From assembly GCA_963575745.1 (NCBI GenBank), contig CAUYUJ010000228.1, positions 62,001 to 116,581 of the forward strand: 54,581 bases of DNA. The letters run 5' to 3'. Shown here piece after piece: positions 19,811 through 30,209 of the stretch. The stretch's first letter is position 1. Each line of letters opens with the position of its first letter. This stretch comes from Prorocentrum cordatum. Its lineage: Eukaryota. The position numbers were made by a program, and so were the translations under genes. The notes beneath the pieces were generated by a model. It was given only the letters and a program-made list of their open reading frames with translations, had not been told where the DNA came from and searched no databases.

Positions 19811-20360
19811 ACAGTTAGAGGCCGATGGCTGCTCGCTGCCGGCAAAGAGGAGCAGGCACAGGCAGGCTGACATTGCTGACCGAATGCGCTGTCGAATTGA
19901 AACAGTCAGAGGGGTGCTGAGTCCTCTGAGAATCCAAGGGTTCGAATTTGCCCTTGGGGCGTCCTGACTTAAAATCTCAGAGAGCGACGAGCTCAACGTG
20001 GGGATGAGATCCCCCTCCATGGGGGGGGCAGACAGAAGTGGCCACGTGCGGGACAGCCCCGTCCGTGGCATCCTTGCGCGCTGACTTACCAAGGGAGTGA
20101 ACAGGATACAAAGCCCTTGGCATCGCGAAGTCCAGCAAAGACACAGGGGCAAAGACAGGGGTCCGATCAGCCTTGCGTCGAAACATACCCCTCTTGCGGA
20201 TGAGGGCATCTTGCGCTACTGAGCGGGACTCCGTGGGCAGAGGTGAAAAACCTGCTTCGCCCCCCCCTGGAGGCAGCCTTCCGAGCGAAGGACCTGCGGA
20301 CCCCAATCGAACGACGACCCGAGGAGGCGACGAGCATCAGGGCTAGCCTCCAGGGGGTAG

Positions 20361-21701
20361 CTAATCGTTGGCTGTGTGAGTGGCCGCGGCAATGCGGTCA
20401 GCGCGCTCACGAGCAGTGCCTGTCGCAGAAGGCGTGGAAGGAGCCGCTGCCGCAGCGCCCGCTGCACCTGACGCTGCTGCGCCACCACCACCTGGAACAG
20501 CTCCTGGGAGAAGAGGAACGCCCTTGCCCGCGAACTGGCCGACCGTGGCTGCCTGTGGAGTGCCAGGCGCAGGTGCCGTGCCTGGCGCCACCCCGGCAGC
20601 AGACGGCGGGGGTGCGCCATCATCTCCTTCAGCGTGAGCACCAGCATCAGGAGGTTCCTCGAAGGCCGTTTCCTGCTCCACCACACGAGGCCGCTTAGCC
20701 GCAAGCCTCTTGATGTGCAGCGCGTGGGCGGACTTGAGGCCGTCGGCCTTCTGCTTGGCCTCGGCGAAAAGGGTGCCCGCCATCGCCGTGAGCCCTGCCT
20801 TGAGCTGTTGCACACGTGACTCGATCTCGATGTTGTCCGACTCGTCAAGCTCCACGCCGTCACACTTGAACAGGTCCGACACGCTGATGTCAAAGACCTT
20901 CGCGAGACGCTCCTGATCCATGATGTCCTCCAACGCAAGCTTGACCGTAGCCGTGGGTGGCTGCTTAGCTGCCTCTTGAGACTCAACCAAGTCCTGCAAG
21001 AGAGTCGCATGCTCGCCTTCTGCATTGGTGAGCTCCGCGCGCAGCTCCAGCACCACCGCCTTCTGATTGTTGAGCTGAGCTTCGTACTGTTCGTACTTCT
21101 CAACTGCCGACTCCAAACGCTTGTTGATCCCATGCACTTTCCAGTGAGCCCGATTGAGACGAACTTGAATAGCTTCTTCTGCCTGCTTCGGCGCGGTGAG
21201 GGCCTTGGCTGCACGACGATGAGCTGCTGCGCCTGCAGAGTCTCCCATACGTTCAGCGAAGCCTGCCATGGTCTCGTACTCCGCGGCGGTGAACTTTGCA
21301 GCAGCAGCACCAGCAGGAACGGGTTGCTGGCCGCTTCCCTTGGGGTAGCCACCTCCAGCACCTTCCTGTTGCTGCCCTGCGTCGCCACCGCCTGGACCCT
21401 TGCCCCACGCAGCGCCACCGTTGAGCTGCCCGTAGCCGAACAACTGACGCGCTGCATCACCAGACCATGCCGAAGTTGGGACTTGCTTATAGGCTCCACA
21501 GTGTTTGCAATAATAGAACCGAGCGGCATTCTTGGCGCAACCACAAGCCTGGCACTTCCACTTCTTGCCTGGCAGCTGGTTGTCCGCCTGATCCTGAGCA
21601 CCGCCGCCGCCCTTGCAGAACAGAGGACCAGGCACCAGAGGAGGCCAGACATCGCTGTACGACAAGCCCTTGCCTCCGCCTTTCCCCTTGCCCCATGCCA
21701 T
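20361..21701 (-). CDS. Outer ORF1 (446 aa): RanBP2-type zinc finger, Gly-rich segments and coiled coil
   Basis: KKWKCQACGCAKNAARFYYCKHCG; heptad-like helices (LESAVEKYEQYEAQLNNQKAVVLELRAELTNAE); ATG 173 nt after the SL. Confidence 0.8.
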   Translation of the reverse strand: MAWGKGKGGGKGLSYSDVWPPLVPGPLFCKGGGGAQDQADNQLPGKKWKCQACGCAKNAARFYYCKHCGAYKQVPTSAWSGDAARQLFGYGQLNGGAAWGKGPGGGDAGQQQEGAGGGYPKGSGQQPVPAGAAAAKFTAAEYETMAGFAERMGDSAGAAAHRRAAKALTAPKQAEEAIQVRLNRAHWKVHGINKRLESAVEKYEQYEAQLNNQKAVVLELRAELTNAEGEHATLLQDLVESQEAAKQPPTATVKLALEDIMDQERLAKVFDISVSDLFKCDGVELDESDNIEIESRVQQLKAGLTAMAGTLFAEAKQKADGLKSAHALHIKRLAAKRPRVVEQETAFEEPPDAGAHAEGDDGAPPPSAAGVAPGTAPAPGTPQAATVGQFAGKGVPLLPGAVPGGGGAAASGAAGAAAAAPSTPSATGTARERADRIAAATHTAND

Positions 21702-21874
21702 GCCGAGGGAGTGGCTCTATGGACTGACCACCGACCAGCGCATAGCCTAGTCGTGGTGAAAGCTGCGATGCGTGGGGCGGACCACGCACCGCTCAGCCTG
21801 GGGCGAACCAGGCGAAAGTTGAAAGCTGGCCGCGGACTAGCGGTATCCACTTTGTTCCCAGGGGAAACCAAAAC

Positions 21875-21896
21875 CTTGAGCCAAAATGGCTACGGA
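21875..21896 (-). other. Genomic copy of the dinoflagellate spliced leader (22 nt)
   Basis: Reverse complement reads TCCGTAGCCATTTTGGCTCAAG. Confidence 0.97.
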
Positions 21897-22095
21897 GGAT
21901 GAGGGGGAGGAGGAGGGGGAGGAGGAGGAGGAGGAGGAGGAGGAGGAGGAGGAGGAGGAGGAGGGAGGAGGAGGGAGGAGGAGGAAGGAGGGAGGAGGGA
22001 GGAGGAGGGAGGGGGGAGGAGGGATGCGGGAGGAGGGAGGAGGCGTAGGAGGAGGAGGGGGAGGAATAGGATGAGGAAAAGGATGAGGGGGAGGA
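21897..22095 (+). repeat. (GGA)n microsatellite; flank at the 5' end of the outer retroelement
   Basis: Direct reading. Confidence 0.95.
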
Positions 22096-23288
22096 ACAGA
22101 AATAACTATTAATCTGACTTGCGTTACACATGTTAAACCTAGGAAGAGCATACGAGTACGAATATGAATAATAAGAGTAAGACTAATATTAGGAAGACAT
22201 GTAATAATACTTTGAATAATAACAAAAACTTCTTGAATAATATTAGCAACACTACTAAACATACTAGCAATGCTATTACTAACAGGACAATCACAATACT
22301 ACGAGCATTCATGTAATTAGTAATACGAGCAGTTCTACTACGAATGTAATGCTGTCACGAACAAGCACAACCACAACACTAAGACGAATCGTACTAGCAA
22401 TTGTAAACATAATGTTCGACGAATGCTAGTAATGTAAATACGCAGACGAGTACATTTATACTGTACCATCGAGAAGCTTCGCAGTATGGTTTTCAACGGA
22501 AACACATTACCAACAACTTTTAGAGTCAGGCTGGTAGACAAAGGCGAACACGAAACATATTCGCAGTAGTAAGGCGAAACAGGAATATCACTAAGACGAG
22601 TTTGATCTACACGGCGAAGAGTACACCTATTGCCACTACAGAAGAAGAACACTGCCACTGATCATATACCGTTGGCTAATTTGAATTGGAACAGAAAAAC
22701 CTGCCACCAATAACATTGCAAAGTCTACTGCTGACCACCATGTGTATACCACCACCGTTTTCAATACTGAATAGCCAAGCGGTCACCTCATACACAGGAC
22801 AACAACAGCCATAACCTAACCATGGTACTATTCACACTCGCCGGCAATTCGCTCCGGTGCGCGCTGGCAGTTAGCTTCGCTCGCAGCCCGAGCCGACTCG
22901 ACTGGCCACTGGCGCCTTCGCCTGCGGTTGCGACAAAAAAAGTTCAGCAGGTGCAGCAGCAATCACCCATGCTCATCAGTCCTGTCCCCGGACCTGGGAG
23001 GTTTGGGCGCCACCAGGTGCAGACCAGGCGCAGCAGCAGCGGCAGCAGCTTCCGCACCTGGCGCAACAGCTTCAGCGGCTGCCCCTGGACCCCTCCTGAT
23101 GCAGCAGACCCCTAGGACAAGGGCGTGCGTTCAGCAGGTGCGGGTGTGAGTTCAGCGGGTGCGAGTGCAGCCGGGTGCGAGTTCAGCTGGTGCGCCTCCG
23201 TCTGGGCCGCACGGGTGCGTGCGCAGCCGGGTGCGAGTTCAGCCGAGTGCAAATTCAGCCTCGTCCCTGGCCCTGCAGCTGCCGCAGC

Positions 23289-23289
<1 letters not shown>

Positions 23290-23358
<69 letters not shown>

Positions 23359-23365
23359 CACGACC

Positions 23366-23409
<44 letters not shown>

Positions 23410-24140
23410 CTCAGTCCCCCGGCTGGGCCCTCCCTGCCTCCCCCCTTTCCTCTCACTGGTGCTGTGCTGCTGCTGCTGCTGGTCGCAGTCGTGGTGGTGC
23501 TGGTCGTAGTGGTTGTGGTGCTGCTGGTCGCAGTCGTGGTAGTGCTGGTCGTGGTGGTGCTGCTGGTCGTAGTCTCGGTGCGGCTGCTCCTGGTTGCAGT
23601 CGTGGTGCTGCTGGTCGCTGTCGTGGTGCTGCTGGTCGTGGTCGTGGTCGCGGTGGTGCTGCGGGTCGCCGTCGTGGTGGTGGTGCTTCTGGTCGCAATC
23701 GTGGTGGTGCTGCTGCTGGTCGCAGTCGTGGTGCTGCTGGTCGCAGTCGTGGCGCTGCTGGTCGCAGTCGTGGGGCTGCTGGTCGCCGTCGTGGTGGTGC
23801 TGGTGGTGCTACTGGTCGTGGTGGTGGTGCTGCTGGTCGTTGTGGTGCTGCTGCTGATTGCAGTCGTGGTGGTCGCAGTCGTGGTGGTGCTGCTTGTGCT
23901 GGTGGTGCTGGTCGCGGTGGTGGTTGTGCTGCTGGTCGCTGTCTTGGTGGTTCAGCTGCTGGTCGCAGTCGTGGTGCTGCTGGTCGCCGTCGTGGTGCTC
24001 CAGGTCGTGGTCGTGGTGGTGCTGCGGGTCGCTGTCGTGGTGGTGGTGCTGGTGTTGGTTCTGCTGCTGGTCGCAGTCGAGGCGGTGGTGCTGCTGGTTG
24101 CCATTGTGGTGGTGGTGGTGGTGGTGGTGGTGGTACTGCT
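23290..24140 (+). repeat. (GAC)n tract followed by a degenerate GTG/CTG/GTC triplet repeat
   Basis: (GAC)n at 23290-23408; ctgctggtcgcagtcgtggtg-type units at 23460-24140, recurring at ~24520-24740. Confidence 0.9.
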
Positions 24141-25084
24141 GGTCTCCTCGTGGTGCCCGCTGCCGTGTCGGGGGTGCTCCCGGCCCTCGTCGGAGCCCTC
24201 CCGGGGCGGCCGTGCTGGCCGTGGTGCCAAGCATCAGGGGCGTGCTGGCAGGCAGCTAGCGGGTGGGCAACCAGAGTCTGCGAGCAGCATTTCGGTCAGG
24301 TCCGGGTCGTCCTCCCCGGCGGCCCCCCCCAAGGCTAGGTAGCCGTCGCCGCCCCCCCAAAAAAAAATTTGGCCGGTCGTGAGTTCGTGGTACCTGCGTC
24401 TTTCGCGCCTGTCCGCCACAAGTAGTGCGGCGCCGTCGGTGTCGAAGATGAGCGGCCGGAGCCAGCCGTCTCTGCGCGGCGCCGCTGTTGGGAGTCGTGG
24501 CGCCTCTTTGGCTGGTTGTAGTCGTGGCGCTGCTGGTCGCCGTCGCGGTCGTGGTGATGCCTGCGGTCGTGGTGGCATTGCTGGCAGTGGCTCTGCTGGT
24601 CGCCGTCGTGGCGGTGTTGCTGTTGGGCGTCGTCGTGGCTCTGCTGGTCGCGGTCGCGGTGGCGTTGCTGCTGCTGCCGCTGTGCTGCTGCTTGTAACTG
24701 CGCTGCTGCTGGTCGTGGCCGTTCTGGTCGCGGTCGTCTTGGTGCCCTTCATTGCGCTTGGGCTGCTGCGCGCGGCACCCCTGTTGGGGGTCGTGGCGCC
24801 CCCTGTGGTCGTCGTTGTTGCTTCTTGGCTCGTCGTTGTTGTTGCTTGGCTCTTGTGGGTTTGCTGCGCAAGCCAGGGCGCCGCCGGGGGCCGCGGCGGA
24901 TCCGCGCAGGCCCAGCGGGGGAGAAAAATGTCATCACCGGCCGGATGGGACCGTTCCCCGGCCAGATGGGACCCTTCACCGGCTGACCAGCTGACCGGCT
25001 GGTCTGCTGCCCGGCTTCACCGTCTGACCTCGCCTCGCCGGTGCGCACATGCTTGTTGGACGCAGAACTTTGTGCACGCCGGCA

Positions 25085-25370
25085 AGGAGTCCCACCGGAA
25101 CTTCTGGGTTACTCGCGAATCCTACCGGAACCTATGAATTACTAGCGAATCCTACCAGAACCTATGGATGACTAGCGAATCCTACCGAAACCTTTCTGGA
25201 TTATTAGCGAATCCTATTGAAACACATGGATTCCAAGCGGATCCTACCGAAACCTATGGATTCCTAGCGCATCCTACCGAAAGCTATGGATTCCCAGCGA
25301 ATCCTACCGATACGGGTGGATTCATAGCGAAATCTACAGAATCCTTACAATTTCTTGCGAATCCTCGAGA
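25085..25370 (+). repeat. 30-bp minisatellite, ~9 copies
   Basis: Unit about ggattcctagcgaatcctaccgaaacctat; period 30. Confidence 0.9.
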
Positions 25371-25561
25371 GGAGCCCTGATGCTTGAAAAAAAGCGTGGG
25401 AGCCCCAGGGAGGCTCGAGGTGAGCTCCGATCCCTGGGAAAACCTGGGAGTCCCAGGGAGGTTCGAGATGAGAACCGATCCATGGGAAGACGTTGGAGCC
25501 CCATGGAAACTCGAGAAAGGTCCCAACCTCTGGGAAAACGTGGAAGCCCCAATGGGGGCTC

Positions 25562-25967
25562 GACATCATCATCATTATCCTCATCATCATCCTCATAATC
25601 CTCATCATCCTCATCCTCATCATCTTCATCATCTTCATCATCATCTTCATCATCCGCATCATTCTCCTCATCATCATCATCATCAACATCATCATCATCA
25701 TCATCATCAACATCCTCACCATCCTCATCATCCTCATCATCCTCATCATGATCATCATCATAATCATCATCATCATCATCATCATCATCCTCATCATCCT
25801 CATCATGATCATCGTCATCATCATCATCATCATCCTCATCATCCTCATCATCATCATCATCATCATCATCTTCATCATCATCATCATCATCATCATCCTC
25901 ATCATCATCATCATCATCATCATCCTCATCCTCATCTTCATCATCAACCTCATCCTCCTCATCATCC

Positions 25968-26003
<36 letters not shown>

Positions 26004-26045
26004 CCCACACCATCACCCTCATCATTTTCATCATCATCATCATCG

Positions 26046-26082
<37 letters not shown>

Positions 26083-26141
26083 GATCATCATCATCATCAT
26101 CATCATCATCAGCATCGTCATCGTCATCGTCGTCGTCACCG

Positions 26142-26172
<31 letters not shown>

Positions 26173-26716
26173 CATCATCATCCTCATCGTCATCGTCATC
26201 GTCGTCGTCACCGTCATCATCATCATCATCATCATCGTCATCATCATCATCATCATCATAATCATCATCATCATCCTCATCATCATCATCATCATCCTCA
26301 TCATCATCAGCATCGTCATCATCATTCATTACCACCATCACCATCACCATCACCATCACCATCATCATCCTCATCATCCTCATCGTCGTCATGATCGTGA
26401 TCGTCATCATGATCAACATCATCGTCGACTTTATCAGCATCAACATCATAATCAACATCATCATCGTCATCATCGTCCTCATCATATTCAGCCTCGCCGT
26501 CATCATCATCATCATCATCACCATCATCATCATCCTCATCATCCTCATCATCATCATCATCATCATGATCCGCATCCTCATCATCGTCATCACCATCATC
26601 ACCATCATCATCATCGGCATCATCATCGTCATCATCATTAGCATCATCATCATCGTCTTCTTCATCATCGTCATCATCATCATCATCATCATCCTCATCA
26701 TCATCATCATCATCAT
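25562..26716 (+). repeat. Imperfect (CAT)n microsatellite, ~1.15 kb
   Basis: Direct reading. Confidence 0.97.
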
Positions 26717-27689
26717 TTGGGTTTGTGTGGGGGTCAGAGAACGGGGTCGTCTGTAGGGATGGCTCAGAAGAAGCAGGGACAACGACTAAAACGGAAATGA
26801 GTTGTCGTGTTGGTGTGAAGGTTTTTGGGTTCATTTTTTTGTTTTTTGAATTTTGTTTGGGTTAAATTGTGGCCCCAGATGCTCAGCTGTTGGTATGAAC
26901 TTGAAAGTGTCGCTTGTTTTCGTTACTGCATATACGTCGGTCTTCGGGGTGGGTTGTCCGATGGGTTAGGCGTGGTTGCCGGCTTCGACCAGTGCCCCAG
27001 GGCGTCGGTGTTCGGCCTTAGTTTTGCAGTTGTGTCTTGCGATGCAGGTTGATCTTCGGCCTCGGTATTAGTCTTCGGCCTCGGTCTTGCGACGCCGTCC
27101 GTCTGCGACCTCGGCCCACCTGGTAAAACAACGAAGATCGACTTCAGCTTTGCGACGGGGGGGCGGTCTTGATTTTCTGAGTTCTGCGTGCACCGTCGCT
27201 CGCCGACAGCGCGTTTCCCATTGGGTCCCGCGACGCGTGGCTCGTTCTTTGGCCCGCGGCGCCAACGGCCTCGTGGCCGCGGAGCACGCGAGCACGCGCT
27301 TGTCTGCGCGAGTTTTGTTTCGCACCAGCGCAGCGCAAAGCACGCGAACGCACGAGCGCACATTTTAACAGCGAGGCCTCGACGTCACGCGCTGTTTTCG
27401 CGGGGACTCGCGTTGCACAGCCAAGGGAAGTTGGCGAGTCTTCTAAAGGGAGCACCGCGTGCGCGCCGCCGAGTGCGTTTCGCACTGCGTCCAGCTGCCA
27501 GAAGCAAGTCCCCCACCGCGCCAGTCCAGCACTTTAGGCGGCGACTGTTCGAGCGCTGCTGATAACGACGATGGCGGCGACGTGGACGGCGATGATAGTG
27601 TGAAGGAGAAAAAATTAGGCTGTCACAGGTGACACACTCCCAATCAATTTGTTGAAGAGCCCCCATGGAGTTCAATTGGGCCGCATCAG

Positions 27690-28300
27690 GGCAGTCTTGG
27701 GTTCCTGCGGCGCCGTCTTGCGGGACCCTTGCGGCTTTCTTGGGTTGCTCTGCGCTCCACGTGAGCCGTCTTGGGTCTTTCTTGCGGCCTTCGTCGGGGC
27801 GTCGCGGGGGCGCCTGGGTCCGTCGGGGGTCGAGAGGCCCTACTGGGCCGTCTTGGATCCCTTCGGCTGTCTTTGTAGGCTGTCTTGGGGCTCTCCGGGG
27901 GCTGTCTTGCGCCGCCTAAGGGCCGTCGGGGTTTTGTCGGGGCCATTCTTGAGATTTCTCGGCTCGTTGTCGTGGCGTCTTGGGCCGTCCCAGGGCAACA
28001 TTGGGGGCTTGGTCGGCCGTCTCGGGCTGACTGAAGCCGGGAGGGATTCTGTCTCCACATCAAAGAAGCGCCGTATCAAAATCAGGGAGTGTCGCCCCAG
28101 GGTCTTTCGGGGTCCTTTTGGGGCCCTCCTGAGCCGTCCTGGGGCGTATTGGGGGGCTCTCTGAACCATCTCGGTTGAGTGTTCCGCGCTGGGCCTCCGT
28201 GGCGCCGCGTTGATTTGTCTCGGAGCCATCTCTGGCCGTCCGAGAAAGGACCTGAGGCCATCCTAGCGGCCGGTTGCCACCCGGGGCCGTCTTGGGAGAT
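27690..28300 (+). repeat. Dispersed TCTTGGGG-rich repeat family member
   Basis: Recurring gtcttggg(g)cc units. Related copies at 37600-38150 (+), 40500-40810 (-), 45390-46030 (-) and 54255-54430 (-). Confidence 0.7.
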
Positions 28301-28689
28301 GTGGAGAGCCCCAGGGAGTCAACGCGGTCGCCCGGGAACCCTCGGGAGAAGGGGCGGCGCGAGGGAAAGCGCGCGTCGGGGCGGGCATGCCCCTTCGGCG
28401 AATGGAGAAACCCTACCAGACAGCACTTGGCATTCGCACGCTCCACTATCGCGGCGGCGCGGCGCCGCCTGGCGCGCGGCGGCGAGATTGAGGCGGCCTC
28501 TGCGCCGCCGCGCGCGCGACGGCTAGAAGGGCGCTCGCGTTGGATTTCCCGCGCGCGCGCGACGGCCCCGCACCTCCGCGCGCGGAAAACGCAGCGCGAG
28601 CGGCCTTCCGTCGGACGTGCCTCTGCGACCGCCGGTGTCTCCCAGCGCGTCGTGGCCGAGTCTCGCCCGCCTCTTAAGGGAGGCGGGTG

Positions 28690-29280
28690 CGCGGTCAACC
28701 TGGGGCGGTCAACCCGCCCATGGGCGGCCGATCCAGGTCGGCCCGCGCGCGGCTGGGCGGGCAACTCGGGCGGTCAATTCGGGCGTCCAACGCGCGGCCA
28801 GGCGGTCAACGCGCGGCTGGGCGGCCAACCTGGTCGGTCAACTCGGTCGGTCAACGCGCGGCGTGGCGGTCAACGCGCGGCTGGGCGGTCAACCCAGGCG
28901 GTCAACGCGCGGTTGGGCGGTCAATCTGGCCGATGAACTCATCAAAGCGCGCGTCGGCCGATCAGCTTGGCCGATCAACTTGGCCGACCAACTGGGCCGA
29001 TCAACTCGTCAACGCGCTCGCGCGGTCAACTCGGCCGATTAATTTGGCCGATCAACTGGGCCGATCAATTCGGCCGATCACCTCGGCCCATCAACTCGGC
29101 GCATCAACTCGGTCGATCAACTCGGCCCATCAACTCGGCCGATCAATTTGGCCGATCAACTCGGCCGATCAACTCGGCCGTTCGACTCGGCCGATCACAT
29201 CGGCCGGTCAACTCGCCTGGTCCCTTTGGTCGGTATTTTCGGGCGGCCAACTCGGGGGGGGTCAACTCGGGCCGTCAATT
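28690..29280 (+). repeat. ~13-bp minisatellite (ggccgatcaactc / gcggtcaac)
   Basis: Direct reading. Confidence 0.85.
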
Positions 29281-30209
29281 CTGGGGCGGGTGCCCACGCG
29301 CGCCGCGGGTGCCTGGGCGCCTCCGCCCAAGCACGCCGACGTCGCATGGGCGCGCTCGCCCGCGCTCGCGGTGGGTGCCCGAACGGTTTCACTCAGAGCT
29401 TCGCAGGCCAATGAGCTTCGCGTGGCCCAGAGTTTCCTGGGTTCGTTTGGTTTCGGGCGATCTAGAATCGCCCAGGCGATCGAAGCCTCGGTCGACCCAG
29501 AGCCTCCTAGAGACCCTTGCGCTTCGAGCGATCCAGAGCCTACTAGACCCTTGCACTGGTGGTTGGGGTTCGCGCAAATTGTTCGGCTGGCGCCGATACA
29601 CACTGCGCCCTTCGATAATCCTTCGCAAGAAATCGTTCGCGCGATAGGAGTGCAGCGCAGCGCGCGTCGCCCAGATCGCATGGCTGACGCCGAGACAGGG
29701 GAAGCCCTGGCAATCGAAGTTCGCAACAGCGGTTCGGCTGACGCCGGGGCAACCGCTCGGCCAACGCCTCCACGCCGCCGCGCGCGCAGCAGCGCTGAGC
29801 CGACGTGCGTGGAGGCATGCAGCGGGAGCGGCCTCTGCGACGCCGCGCGAGGGGGCGCCGTGCTGTCGTGCGCGAGGAACGCAATGGGGGCGGCCCTGGC
29901 GCCGCCGCGCGCGCGGCGGCGATGGGCCGTCGCGCGTGGACAAACTGTGACGGGGCCAGCTTCTGCGCCGTCGCGCGCGCGGCGACGCTGGGCCGTCGAG
30001 CGCTGTGACATGCAGCGGTGGGGGGGGGGCCTCTGCGCCACCGCGCGCGCGGCGGCGCTGGGCCGTCGCGCGCGGAGCAAGCGCCGCCGGCGGCCCCTGC
30101 GCCGCCACGCGCGCGGCGACGCTGGGCTGTCGTGCGCGGAGAAGAGCATCGCGAGCGGCAATGGCGCCGCGCGCGAGGAAACGCAATGGAGGCCATTATG
30201 ACCCCCGGA

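Larger units (their letters stand above)
5225..21896 (-). mobile_element. Outer non-LTR retrotransposon (SL, ORF1, APE-RT-RNase H ORF2, oligo-A); decayed and interrupted by 7261-17590
   Basis: Full SL at 21875-21896 (-). ORF1 at 20361-21701. APE and RT motifs at ~17591-19800. RT thumb and RNase H at 5314-7260. A8 tail at 5225-5232 (T8 on +). (GGA)n on both flanks, with a possible (A)GGAT target duplication. Confidence 0.85.

Noticed and set aside
21820..21896. SL RNA gene (the SL is followed by GT)
   Set aside because: Downstream sequence runs into ORF1 with no recognisable SL intron or terminator, upstream is (CCT)n, and there is no SL or 5S array.
23125..26834. Long poly-V/D/H/I/M ORFs
   Set aside because: They are translations of triplet microsatellites.
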